From: Clavelina lepadiformis
Lineage: Eukaryota
DNA length: 64,000 nucleotides
Reading direction: 5' to 3'
NCBI RefSeq assembly: GCF_947623445.1
Contig: NC_135244.1
Location: forward strand, 13,078,860-13,142,859
The notes under the pieces: model-generated
Told to the model about the DNA's origin: nothing
What the model saw: only the letters and a program-made list of their open reading frames with translations
The model's database searches: none
In this document: one piece after another, positions 49,401-63,200 of the stretch
Layout: each line of letters starts with the position of its first letter
Numbering within the stretch: the stretch's first letter is position 1
Translations under genes and position numbers: made by a program

Positions 49401-52400
49401 AGATTGTAAATATTGCATATGTTAGCAAACCCAAAATAATGATTAAAAATGTTTAAAAATAAAAAAATTATCTTAGTTCAATTTTAAGAAAATTATTCTC
49501 TGATCAGTGATCAGTGATCTTTAATATTTAATCACTTTATGGATCAAACGGATCATATATTAAATTAGTCAAATTATATCTTTTGAATACAAAGTAAATT
49601 CTGCACCGTGTTGTTCTTTTCTAATAGTTTCTCGTGGTATGATGATTTTATCTTCGACATTTGACCATTCAGAAGCTGGGTTATTGGAATTTCGTGGAAA
49701 TACAACAGTCTCAGCACGTGGTGTTTGTACGATATCAACACGAAGCAATAGTTCTGGTTTGGCCACGGTAGTAGAATCTGCACAGCAATTAGTGCATACT
49801 AGTACGTTATATAGTAAAGAAAATACTGGTATCAATTTGTTTCATATGTAAATTTTACTACTCTTTACAATTCGAAAAAAATTAAAATCACAAAATCAAG
49901 ATATAAAAGCTAAAGTTTATCGTAAGGATGCAAGCTACAAAATGTTTGTAGCCTACAGACGTTGTTGTCGACCAACCTTTTACTTTCGACTGACTTGACA
50001 GGTCTCCTGCTAGATATTGTGACATAACCTGGCCAGCATTCTCAACACTGGACATAATAGCATCAACATTGCTGTATCTGTTATCATCACTCATTTCATC
50101 CCAAGCTGCTTTCATTCTTTTATCCAACAGAAAACTAGCCGAAGTTGAAACATCCTTTAAATCGTACGAGAAAAACAATTGTCAAATATTATTTTGTTAT
50201 TATTCAAACTTCAACTTGTGAAGGAAATACTAAATCAAACATATTTCAATACTCATGTAGCAGGGCGTAGTATTTTAAGATTGAAGTCTCGTTTATGCTT
50301 AAGGCTGTTCAATTTTGTGGGTTACGGAATAATTTATCTGACCAATCTCCAACGCAAATGTGCTGATAAACGTCACTTTCCGCATTTCCAACAAAGGTCG
50401 AGTCGATGCCGGTAAAACGATTTGCTGAGAAAAAATTGCTTTATGCGCCCTTCCAATTTTCCCGAGCTCAGTTGGCCAATAGAACGTTATCTTTTCGCTA
50501 TTATCATTCACCACCAAATTTAAATTCGCTACCGATGGTTAAGAAACGTATTATACAAACCTGATTTAAATAGATGTTACACAAAATAATCGCATAATAC
50601 TGCCGTTTCTCAATAGGCTTTGAGTATAAGTGCAAGGAAAGAAATCGGATCTGGCCAAAAACTTTGGGCATCGAACGTACTTGAAACTTTCATCAAGTCT
50701 TATATACATGACTATATACCGCGCAAGCAAGACACCAAGCCATATTAGCGTTCAGGCATACGGGCGACGAAAGAAGTCATCTCACTGTTTATTTTTGCTC
50801 CATCTTTTCTTCGGTGACGCAAAGCGATGGAAATGAGTCAGAAACTGCCTTGATGTTCGGCATTCTTTGCTCTGACGAGGATTTTGTTTGTTTTACGTCT
50901 CTTTGCGTTGCCCAGAAAGAGAATATATGTACGGGCGGGCGGTCTATTCGAGATTATTTTATTCACACGAGCCTGATCAATAACTGAATACACGTGACAT
51001 AACGAAAAAGATAGATTTTGAACTAGCGAACTGCTGTCGTAAGAGGTTTCCTTTGACGCATCGGCGGGATGTTCTCCCGAAATGAATCAATTTTTAGGTA
51101 AAAAAGTTTTAAATATAACGTCGCTGCAATGCCAAATAACTTGTTACATAAACCCGTGAAAAGTCAGATAAAGTCAGACGAAAAATACCCACCATGTTAG
51201 GCAATTTGATAAAATTAATTTGAAATTTGATTTCACCGGTATGGCCTAAGCCTTATACATGGCTATTCTATTTTATTATCAGGAATACGATGATCAACTT
51301 ACATCTACAAATTGATAACTTTGTGTTTCCGTCGGAGATAAAGAACTTTCGAGCAGCACTGAGGTTATTTCTTTCATGATTTGAGCCGTTCTTGTTATGT
51401 CGTCAGATGTAATTAACTTGTCATCTTGAGTTATCGTCGATAACCCGCGTGACAAACTGTTTGAAGCAGTCAACGGGTCAGCTTCACCTATGTATAAATA
51501 CGACCGGTATTAAGTAAATAGAGCAGAGGTTGTTTTGACCAAAAGTAGACCATCGATTCTCTCTGGTAAGAAATTACATGCATACACAGGACTTACTTAC
51601 CATTTTTTAAACTCGTTTCGATCTCACTGATCCATGAAAGGCATTGTGACATGTCGGGCCCATTCATATCCCACTGTGCTTGCCGTGTAGCTTTGTCGTA
51701 CTCGCACCGCCATTCGACAAATACTGAAGGTTATAATTTAAGAACGTTTAGTGTTTTTAAGACGGAAATAAAATCATACGCCCCACTTGCGAACGATAAA
51801 CGCCACTTGGCAGATGGGTTTTGGAAAACGTAATTACAGGCCCTCCCCCGATGTCTTTTACCTCCAGCTACAGACGCATTGTTGTCAACCAAATTGAATT
51901 TAAAGTGAACCCACTTTTATCACCGCATCAATCTTGCTTTGATCAAACCCGTCTGCCCATGTATGAATTGCAGCGTAATAATAGTGGCTTATCACAACTA
52001 TCCGCAAGTCTCAACAAAAAATTTCCGACCGACTTCACTGTTACAACAATATACATGGCGTCTCGTGACGTAAATGCGAGGTTAGTAATATGGGGTCTAG
52101 CTTATACGCAGGCCTAGATAAACGTCTGAAACCAATCACTTGCTTATATATGTCTATTAATGAAAAAACAAAAACCACACAAGTCTTAAAACAAGTGAAG
52201 TGAAAATAAACGCAATATTGTGTTTGGCAAGGCGTTTGCCCAACCTCATAACCAATATGCGGCGCTAACGCTTTTACTACTGGTATATTAGCAGTCTAGC
52301 CAATTGAAAGAATGCACTTGATATCATAAACCATCAATGAAATCGACCACTTACTCGAACCAGATTTGAAAAGTATAAATTGGATGCATTTACATACCTT

Positions 52401-55400
52401 CACTACGGTTGGGACAATGGGCGCGACAAGAAGTGTCGCCTCTGGTTTCAAGGCAGTTAATCCCATCCCTTGTTATTGCTGGACAACTCGGCACTGAAGG
52501 GACGACTTCTGATGTGTCTGGAAACAATGTGGGGGAGGGAGGTTCTGTTTCACGCGAAGTATGAGTCAAACTGGTTGTAGTGGGCGGTGTAGTGGTCGTT
52601 GTCGTTGGCTTTTCACCTGTTGGGCATAAATTAAACAAATCTTGTAAATTTGAAATTTGAGTAGCTACTTGATAACCGAACAGTTAGCATATCACAGCAA
52701 CACGTCTCGCACCCTTATGACATGTAAAAACGCAAATATACAATAAGTTTATGATTACCCATTTTCATAGCGTATAGGCAGTGAAGGCATCTTTGCAAAA
52801 AATAATATCTACCAACCTTCTACTGGGTCTGGTAATCCGAAATGAAGGTTGTAAAAAACTGCTGTGGCCGTGTTAGCTTCCCATGCATACAAAAGTCTCT
52901 CCCTTGGATTGTACATTAACGACGTAATATTGTAGCTTACAAAGTTGCGTGAATTTGAGCGTAGAGCGGCTGGATACGAAAACATTCTCCTCGGAGCCAA
53001 CCTAGCACTTCGTCGACCCCGTAATCCTATTGGATCGGAGGGTGAGTAGGGTCGATTGCTATCAAACCCAATAGATACAGATCGGCCATTCCCAGAATTG
53101 AGGTTAGTATTGTACATATATTCAATACTACCGGAGCGTGAACCGACAACGTACACAACACCGCATATAACAAAAGTGTGCACTGCTGAGTTATGTGGAT
53201 AAGACGTTTTCCAGGTTCTCTGCAAATGTTTGTAAAAGTTAAAGCCATATTCTCTGAAATAATTACAAAAAATGCAGAAGTAATCCAGAAAGTACGTACC
53301 TCGATTTGTAAAGTATTTTTGTTCATTTTACTGATTATCAGTCTCCCAGAAATATATGTGTCAGTATATATAACCCACAAGCCATCTTCATCAACAGCCA
53401 AGCGTATGGTATTGGAACTGGTACGTCTGTTTCTACTTAGCCTGTTTTGTAGAGGGATAGAACCTTCACGCATTCGAATTTGAGAGCGAAAGTTGAACTT
53501 CAAAATCTGACGACTTTGCGCCTGTGCATTGATTGACGAAAATAGGGCAAATAATTAAATAAATGATAGTAAAACGTGGAACACAGCAAGGTATATAAAA
53601 TTAGTACCTTAACGTAATACATGTTTCCATCATATATAACGTAATTGGTTCCGGAAATAGGAGCTGGTAAATTGTAAATCTTGATTGATTCCCCAGCAAG
53701 AAAATCGTCAGTGTTTTCGTATTCCTAATTTAAAAAGCAGTATAATGTTGGTATTTACTGCAGTGAAAACAAAATTCTAAAAGTTCAATTAAACTACAAA
53801 ATTAAAATACAAAAAACTCAAACACTAGTTTACCTGTACAGTCAGCTGGGAACTCGGAACAAAATAAATGTGGTTTGGATTGTAAACGGAATCTTTGCTC
53901 CATGATCCAGGTCTTGGCTCCATAGGAACCGAAAATGTCCTATTGCTTCCGATACCAGTCAGGGTGCCAGGACATCCAAACACTATGAGCACAGATACCA
54001 AGGCATTAACTTTACGTTTGTTCTTGGCAAGTAGCAAAATATCAATTCGTAACAAGTCCAAAGTATTACAGAAATGTTCTTACTATACTTGACACATCGA
54101 AATGTCACTTGAAGATATTTGTGTGTTCCAGAGCAAGGGTCAGGAAAATTTTGATCGGAGACAGTCAAAATACATTGAGTTTTGTTGTTGCACCTGTGAA
54201 AAGGTACATAATATTAACATTCTAGAAATCTGCAGACGCCATGTATCCAGTTCTGACAAGCGTGCAGATAACCTTTAGCAAAACAAAGATTTTTCTGATA
54301 AGATAACGTTTAATGGAACAATTTTACCTGTGCACTAGTGCAATGGGTTCCACTAGTTTTAAAAATTTTGCAACACGCGTTTTTTATGGTACATGATAAT
54401 AGCCTAAGTGCACGAAAAGTATGGGTAGCAGGGCTATTACCTACGATCCTTCACACGCATTGGAGCATAAAATTTCATCCAAATTAGGTTTATGGCGCGT
54501 TATATGACATACCAGGTGGCAAGTACTCTGTACTTCTGTACAACACACTGTCCTTGTTTTCATTTAAAAAAAATTGCGAGAACATGCTATAAAAATTTAA
54601 CAGTTTAAGAAAATACTTTATCATCTTGAAACGTATGAAGATACAGGATTTGGAGGTACAGAGATTAATCAGAAGATTACAAGACGCGGCTTGATTTATG
54701 GCTGTAATGCTTCAAAGAGTAATGCGAGATGCGACTGAAGTCAACACAGCGCACCGATTTTTCGAGGATTTTGAAAATATGCTGGGAAACTTGCTTGATG
54801 CAAGGTCATGTTACGCAAACAAAGGTAATTCAAAGAATGCCAACAAAAATAAGCATTGTTCACAAAGACGTTTATATTAATCAATTTCCTTTAGTCTATG
54901 CGTGTTTTTGTCTTGCTGACCTATACTTTTAGTTGCATTGCAATGCGTGGTACGAAACGCATGGTCGCACGTTATTAATAACAAACACACAAAAGGCAAA
55001 GATATAGTCTGAAATTTCGGGAGTATATTGGAATTTTCATTAACGCTCAAGTTTCGATTTTAATTTTCTTATGAACAAAACGTCGCGGTGATGAACTGCG
55101 GAAGTATTGAAGCGTTGATTCACTGCACATTGCATTTTACCAACATAAACGTATTAAAATGACGCGGAAACCGTCCTATTTATCGAGAGCAATAAAGGAT
55201 TAAACAGTTTAAGTAGACATCTTTCACAAAGACAGACTTACTTTGTCGACATAATATCAGAAGCCTCCGGCAAAAAGCACGCCGTGTTTTTCATCCATTT
55301 TGAAGAAGTGGCGCACGTCTCTGCGTTTTGACGACCGTATTCCGCTGTGACCACCTATAATTCGGTTAATAACGCATAAAATATTAATAAACATGAGGAT

Positions 55401-57249
55401 TGGTCTTATACAATAGGTGACCATTTCCATATTCGAGCTGAAGGAAAAAATACAGGCTAGTCGTTAATGACGCTCGAAAATAAAACCATACATAATTATG
55501 GTCTGCTCTAGCGCCAAACGTACATCGTCTAACAGGAATTGTCGCTAATCCAACTGCACTATTGATAAAAAATGTAAATTTTCAACATAAATGATGACAA
55601 ACTACATGGAAAGATGTCATATATCAAATGATTACGCACAAACTTAGGCTACCTCAATAACATCTGTTCCTGGACATCTTAGTACAATAGGGTATCCTTC
55701 ACATGCTAGTTCGTTAGATACAGGAAATCTCTTTCCACCAGGCAAACCAAAATTCAGTCGACCTAATGATAAAGACAAAGGGTAAGAATTTTATATCGCC
55801 AAAAAAGTTTAAAAAAGGCGTATGTCAGTGATGATTCCTATTGCATTAGGCCTACTTGTATTGAGGAACACCTTTGGTTAAGTGTAAGGTGAACAAAAAC
55901 GAAAATTGTTTGGAGTACTAATTGTGCTCCATTGCTTTCATCAACGGACGGTAATAGCCTATCTCAACAAATGACTTGTCAATAACCACAGCACGTTTGT
56001 CTAATTTGCAAAGGATCAGTAATCAGAAAAATACGAAATTTATTAGGCTTTATTTTTATAAAAGGGAGTAAGTATAAATATCATTTCTGCTAAGCATTCT
56101 ACTTCGATTGTTTTTTTTTTTAAACGTACGAAGGAGTCAACAAGTAATTGAGTCATGAAGCAATGCGCAGTAAGTTTGCATTATAATTATAACATTCCTT
56201 AAAATAGTCGGCAAAAGACACCAAATCCCAAAAACGGTTTTCCACTGGGACAAAACGGTTATTACAGTGAAGGAAGAAGACTAATTAATAAGGAAAGGTG
56301 AATTTGTCACTCCCGAAATGTAATCAACTTTGAACAAGAATCACATCTGTGATTAAATCGATTAGAACGCTGTGTGCTCTTTAGACTACACTGTTGAAAT
56401 GCTGAAATGTTATACATTGGCATAGTTGTGTGTCTGGTTTTCACTTTTCACTATGGCTGAAGCCTACTGAAGTGTCACGAATAATCTGACCGGTTTACAA
56501 AATTTCCACATACGAAACAACGGTTTGCATGGTAAACAAAAATCAGGAGTGTTAGTTTAATTAGTATAATGTTTGAAACAGAGAGTGGAAGATAAGATTA
56601 TTTGCCGAAGTGAGATTGCAGAAGACGACGCCCTCTGTTACAGAACTATCAATCGAATAAACAAATAGTACTTCATTGATTCATGATAGTTGCTATCGCT
56701 TTCTAATAAACTCTCATTAACTTCAAAAAGCTAATCCCAAAAAACCTTGAACCCAGCCTTTAAAATCGGGCGTTCTACATAACAGACTTAACCATTGTAT
56801 CGTTTCACAAGAACGCAGCAAGACTTCAGCAATCAAAAAGTTTTTCTAATAAGCGTAGAAACAAAAGATTATTTGTCTTGGATAAACTATCTTTCAAATA
56901 ATATTGTCATAGCGATCGACGTGGCTTTATCGCATAAATTATGCGTAGGTAAGTCACCCTTAGTCACGAATTGTTAACAACTTCAGGTCAGGAATAAAGA
57001 CGTTAATGCGGATATATTTACATTTCGTTATCACAACGAAAGAACTTAAGTGATTGAACTAGTTTAACAGTAAGTTTACTAAAAATGAAAAGTGAAACTG
57101 TTAAAAAAAAGTTCATAAAACTCGCTAAAAGAAAACAAGTATGATATGAATTTAACAATTCCATTACCTTCGACATTGCTGGTTAATAGGAGCAAGATAA
57201 GGCAGCAGCCTGCACAGATAGCAATCCTTCCCAGCCTGAGAATATACAT
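43455..57249 (-). CDS. Latrophilin-like adhesion GPCR (ADGRL family). Domain order 5'->3' on the minus strand is signal peptide, rhamnose-binding lectin (RBL/SUEL), olfactomedin, Ser/Thr/Pro-rich stalk, hormone-receptor motif (HRM), GAIN with GPS, 7TM, and an about 570-aa Ser-rich cytoplasmic tail. Confidently placed exons (minus strand, start-end in + coordinates): 57148-57249 (ATG plus signal peptide [28 protein letters not shown]), 55653-55762 (RBL N-part), 54084-54193 (RBL C-part), HRM 51601-51723, GAIN 51303-51487, GAIN 49034-49218, 48134-48180, GPS+TM1 47793-48023, TM2-3 47385-47638, TM4-5 47066-47288, TM6-7 46819-46987, tail 45484-45648, 45089-45185, and last exon 43455-44908 (stop at 43455-43457). 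Approximately placed exon regions: 53830-54010, olfactomedin about 52809-53503, stalk plus HRM start about 52390-52640, GAIN about 50299-50517, 49888-50178 and 49569-49835. One exon encoding the middle of the RBL domain (between 54194 and 55652) was not located.
   Basis: Translations match vertebrate latrophilins segment by segment. RBL: ...[21 protein letters not shown] | ...[36 protein letters not shown]. After RBL: [47 protein letters not shown]. Olfactomedin: ...[38 protein letters not shown]..., ...[26 protein letters not shown]..., ...[29 protein letters not shown]: ...[44 protein letters not shown]: ...[13 protein letters not shown]...[13 protein letters not shown] | [15 protein letters not shown] | [35 protein letters not shown] (GPS). 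7TM: R|[29 protein letters not shown]...[36 protein letters not shown]...YLIGYG | [58 protein letters not shown]... | ...[48 protein letters not shown]. Tail: [23 protein letters not shown]... | [15 protein letters not shown]... | Ser-rich last exon ending ...[10 protein letters not shown]. All junctions have GT..AG and phases that match across every adjacent pair of exons I checked. Confidence 0.85.
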
Positions 57250-60200
57250 TGTAGTGGATTTAACTCCCCTCTATTGATTCCTGTTAATCCACTTAAAGGA
57301 AAGATAACAAATATGCGGTTTGTGGCACACTAATTTTAGCAGGGTACTTTTATGAAATTAATCGCATATCCGTTGAGAATTTCAAATCTAGAAACACCCT
57401 ACAACTTTTTGTACTTCTGCAAAAAGAAACAAAGCTTAAATTACTTCCAACAGGACAATGTTCTAAAGTCTAAACAATGGTTTCCTTCATTCTATCACTC
57501 AGCAATATGTTACTCGTGTATATACGCAACGAATTATAATAAAATAACAGAAGTAAACTGAAAATTTAAACACAATTTACTGAATCGACAAAAATCAGGC
57601 TTGATCTATGGCAGTATGTGTAACAGAATCTGGTTAAATGCATTGAATTTGATCTGAATCTGAATTTGGTTTAATGCACTGTTTCTGAATTGCAGAACAA
57701 CAAGTATTGCTAAGCACCATGTGTTAGTTCTCACATGGGACAATCTATTGCGTAGTTTGTCTTGTAGTTTAAACAAGAGTTTAAACATCAAAGCACAACC
57801 TCTAATCTCGAGTGGTCTTCTGTACACTTTAAACAAAATAAAATTACAGTATGCACTGTGGAACTTATGCAATTAAACTTAGTCAATCTCGCCCAAAATC
57901 AAAGGAAAACGGTGCGAACGCGTTGTAGCATAGAAAGGTAACTGTCCTATGTACAGTAGCACACGAATTATGTTTTGACTGAAAATATTCTTGCCGTATT
58001 TACTTTACGGAGTGAATACGAATTCCATATTTATACAATACCTAATGAAAGTCTTGGTAAAGAGTTATTGGAAAATCTCATTATACAGAATATGATAACC
58101 ACTTAAACATATATCATATAACTATTATCCTTTCGACTTTACTCCGCAAATATGACGTTAACATACCGTATGTGCACTTAAACCAAGATTATGAAAAGGC
58201 ATTTTTGGGTTAAGTGTGACTGTAATATTTCTTTTGCTTATTGGCCGATCTACGTAATCTCTCGTAACTTGACATAGATCCGATCACAGCAATATTCTTG
58301 CTCCGTGTGCAGTCCAATTTCTCGTACAAGGGCGCTTTACAAGCTCATGTAGGCATCCGCATTGATTATGTTGTGCTTGCGAATGATTGAAAATAAATCC
58401 TATTAAACTGTTTCATGAACCCAAATTTAGCACTACGAGTGTTTATACATTTCGAGCTAGTAGAAAGGCGGCGCAGGCGAACGATCAACCCAATTATATG
58501 CGCGAGTAAGTTACGCGTATACTGATACCAGATTTTCTTTATCCGCAGCTATAGAAGAGCCGCTAAAACTACGGGAAAGTTTTGAAGGCGGCTAACTATG
58601 GGATAACTCGCTTTAGTGCGGTACAAGACATTACTACGAAAATGATAAGGCTGGAATATGGCTTACGCAAATAATTGTACTGACAAAACAATTTACCGCC
58701 TAGAAGCATAAGTATTGGGTTAGTAGGATCCTGACTATACAACATTACTGTTATGGTCAGGTTAGCTACAGTAATTGTAAGTCGCAACTATTTTATTAAG
58801 AACCCTTGAGAAGTTTGAAGCAGTTTGGTGTCGGAACAATTAAGAAGCCCAACTACGTTTTATAATTACACGGCAATTGTCTAGCCACCAAGTAATGAAA
58901 GCACTTATAAGATTTTTAGTTGGTAGACATGTTAAGTACTTCCGAAGTTTCCAAGCCACTCCTCATCTTTCCCGGCTAACTAGCATTTGAAATCTTTAAG
59001 TGTTCATATAATGAAACGCAAGTTGAATTTCGACATGAAAATTTTCGACTCGACTTTCTAAGTTTTCAGTAACAGTAACAGTTTTCTAAGTCTAAGCAAC
59101 AAAAACGCCAACAGAAAGACCAAGTATTAAATTGTCATAATTAATCTTAAAAGTACCAATAATCAGCCTAGCCTTAACACTAAGTTTTATTGACCTGCAC
59201 TACGGACCTTGTGAACGCAACAGTATATCTAAAGTCTAAACACTCTAAACCTTCTATCGAGCCGACCAAACTGCGTAATGAGTGTTTCTCGCTGCGGCCA
59301 CCAACTACCCAATGTAGTGAAAAAGGCGCCATGTGCGTATAACAAAACGTCGTCTCGACTCTCGAGGCCGCTCTTTTGTTTCTGTTCTTTTTTCAAACAG
59401 AGCTAATTATGGTTTTGGTAGCAATAAACAGAGGAAATGGTCACTCTCCCACATTTCATAACTTATCGAAATTTTATGTTACTGTATCCGTGCTCAAGCA
59501 ATCAGTTTGTTATTGTAAACATTCAATTCCAATTAATCTAACACTGCACATGCAAAACAACAAGATAGCAAATCACCAAGGGTAATGGTGTACACTTGTA
59601 ATTTGTTGAAACACGTACAACTATAATACAAATGCACTGAACTTAATTATAAAAAGCAGCTGGTGGGAGGGAGTTTCTAGTATATCAGCCAAGTGTTTCA
59701 GAGCTTTTGGCCCAATTAATATGGCAAAAAATTTTATAGGGTGTTTCTGAATTCTTCATACCTTAAATTCGCCAAAATTATAGCCTATAATTAGCTACCT
59801 ATTGAACTGACAATAACGTCGTAAGATTATGGCACAATTAAGCTTATGATATAGCACGGTGATAGAAACGCAGCCCCATGCAAAATTTTACAAGACTCAA
59901 TAGAAAAAACGGTCTGGATTGTAACAAACACAATGTTGGAATGTTTCTTAAATTTTCTTCGGCGTTTTTAAGTCAAGGTTTCATGAGTTTTTCGGGAAAG
60001 GTGTTCTACTAATGTTTCACATCAAAAATGGGTACAAACAAGTTAAATTATACTTTCAAACTGCGCTTGAGTGGTGAAAAGTTTATGCATCACTCTCGTT
60101 CGGCTATGTTTGTTCTTGGTTTACGCAAATAGAGAACGAGACCATATCAAATGAAGTCTTTACTTATAAAACAAAGCATTTGTTTTTCGGAAAACAAACG

Positions 60201-63200
60201 ACGTCTTGCTCTAATTTTAACTGTACGAAAATTGGTTCAAGACAAGACAAGACCTTTATGACAAGAAATTTAGCTTGATCTTTCCGACTGTGATCAATTT
60301 TCAGTTATTGAGCAAAAAAGTCTGCAAACGATAAACAATTTTTTGAAACAACAAACACAGTTAAAAAGACAGAAATGGTAGTATAAAATAATCAATTTTG
60401 ACAGCATTATTGCATCTGGACCATTTACATTTGATCCAATTATACTGTAATATTGTTTAGCTCATTTTCACTTTCCTGGTTTGAAAGGATATTTCTATTC
60501 TATGTACGTGAACGCAGACTAGTGTAGACAAAGTATCAAAACCCCGATTTACAATTAATGTGAGATGTTTAAGATCGTAGTTGAACGCAAAAAACGAGGA
60601 GGCTATGAAGACGAGTAAATCAAGTTATTAAGTCTGCTGTGGCCCAAAGCATAGCATCAACAAATCATGTGTCTTCTCCTGCAATCTCGCTGACCAACCA
60701 TGAAGCTTTTGGTGTATTTCCATGAAATATTTATACATCTAAATTACCAGATGTCCAAGTTTTCAACCGACGACACAAAACCATAAACGTTGCTGACGTT
60801 AATAAAAATTTCATACCGCGTGAAAAAGTAATTCTCGCAGGGGCAAGGCAAACACTTAAACCTGCCGTCTCAGTCGATTTTGGAAACGATTGTGCCAACT
60901 GATGATGAATGACCAGGTTTTTGACAAATAAGCAAACTTTGGAGCGCGAGTGGTCGGCGATCACATCGCTAAGAAATATCAATTTTAAGCGTGAAAATTG
61001 AACGAGGCTGTCATTCGTTTTTATACCACATTCGCAATTATAAAATAATTCGTTTTTGATAACGCACAATCATTTAATAAGCAATTCTTTGTCTACTCTA
61101 TAGCTATTATACGTCATTCTCTTAAATGATTTTCCTTCAGTTTGCTCAAGCCATATCGTTTGGTAAAACGTATAATCTGTGATTTCTGAAATAAAGAAAT
61201 CAATTTGCTGGAAAAGACGCGATGCACTGAGAAATATTCTTAATGGAGTTGTCGAACTTAGCCTATTCGATGATGGATTGCTTTCTCTACCCACAAACCG
61301 ACTTTTCCTTTCAAGCGCTCAATATTGTCACACTTACCTAAACCAAAGCTTAACAGTGACATACCGTACTCGCTGCTTGGATAAAAAAATGAAAGGATTT
61401 TGCGGAGCATTATTAGAGCACGCCGCTTTTTCTTTTTTTGGTGAATGGTGTAGGGCCTAAACGCGGGCATTATTACGAAACAAATTGTACCCCAAAGGTC
61501 CTACCTTCCGCAACGCATGAACTCGCTCAAGGCACGTTAGGGTAATGGACCGGGCAAGAAGGAAACAAATCGTTATCGATTGAAGTAGATTTGCGCTTTT
61601 GTTTCACAGGTTAATAGTTAAAAGAAAATAGTTCTATAAGAGCATCATTAATTCAACTTGGTTCAATATTGATGTAGCTTTATCGAGTTACTTTAACGCA
61701 TTTGTAAAAATGAATTCAGTTTTATTCAACAAACTCCTGCGGGAGTTCCCGAGTTACTTCCGAACTAATAACAGCCCATAATCAACAGCGTTTTGGTCAC
61801 ATGCTACAGTATCAACATAAAAACGCAACTTTTGACACACAACCTGAATAAGTTTTCATACTTTTGTTTCAGAGGGGCATCATGCTACCGCAATAGCAAA
61901 CAGATTGAACCATGCAGACAAAACAGCAAACAACACTTTTTATAGCGACCTTATAAAATCGTTAATCGTCAAATGAAGAAGAATTGCGCAGCCGTACATA
62001 ACCAACTTCCGTTCGCCTTCATTTGGGTAACACATTCGGACAGTTGAGAATTGTTTCCAAACTAATTTGAAAGAATTCTGTGGTTGCTATTTTAAGGAAA
62101 ACATTGAGAATCGTTCACCATTGCCTTATTCTGCAGAAACAGCGGTGATTATAATAGGAGGTATTTTTCTTTACAATTCTATCATCAACAAAAGAATAAT
62201 GAGTAGAAAAGGAATTTTCATCGATACTTCATTGTCAAATGATTCTAAATTCATTCGCCGCGCACACACGCAACTATTAACGTCTCGCCTATTCAAGTGC
62301 ATCGTTCTTTGCCTGTTATGATAAACATCGGTATGTTTGGACTGAGTTTGAAGGGAAGCATATCTATGGCGCACAGACCGAACCCTGAAACAAGCTAGAG
62401 TGCCTGCTAAAATAACAAACTCTACTGAGGCGTGCCGCTCCTCGGAGTAAATGTTTGTGGACAGAGTTCGTCGTGTAACAAAGCCGTTCCCTTCGCAACG
62501 GCTCAACTAGAGCTAAGTTAGCATTTTAACCAAAATTAACAAAACTAACAGCGACGTAATAGGATAGAAATAAATCAATCTCTTTACGTCTTCATTATCC
62601 GGCGCAAACACGAAACTTACTTTCAACTGGACGTACCACAGCCTGTAAACGGTCTCAGTCGGGAGTTTATACGTTTAATTAAGCATATTAATCAAAAATA
62701 ATTCCAGCTCAATTTTACAATATCCGATTTACTCACCATTCTTTCCATTTACTTCACCCTGACACCATTTGTTTATCCCTGACTAAGTCGTAATCCCTGG
62801 ACATTGTTATTACTTTCTAATCTGCTCTATAGACTAGGTTATGCTTATAGATTCCACAACACAAGGCTCATACAGCACTTTGAACTTCGTTCTTCCCATA
62901 TTTAATTAACTTCAAATAGTTCATCTTATCGTACAAGGTTTGAAAAGAAACACAAAAGAAAAATTAATCCATCATAAACAACGCTGTGGCTTGATGTGTC
63001 GGCGATTCACCATCTAATTAACGCTGATAACGAGGTGTGCTGCCCGAGGCAAGAAGATAAGGTACGCGGAAGTTTTACATTTCATTAGCACGTTTCAGAG
63101 GCTACACTCAAGACATGTACAACTGTTTACACTAATCAAGGATTCAAGCGCTCACTTGATGGGTTTATTTTCGAGAATTTCTGAAGAACATGAGGCAATC

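Noticed and set aside
52950-53110. Apparent insertion ([38 protein letters not shown]) within the olfactomedin domain in ORF 52809..53225
   Set aside because: It is most likely an intron read through in frame by the ORF finder, because ORFs 53027..53503 and 52809..53225 overlap in different frames. It is not a real domain insertion. The exact splice sites are left undetermined.
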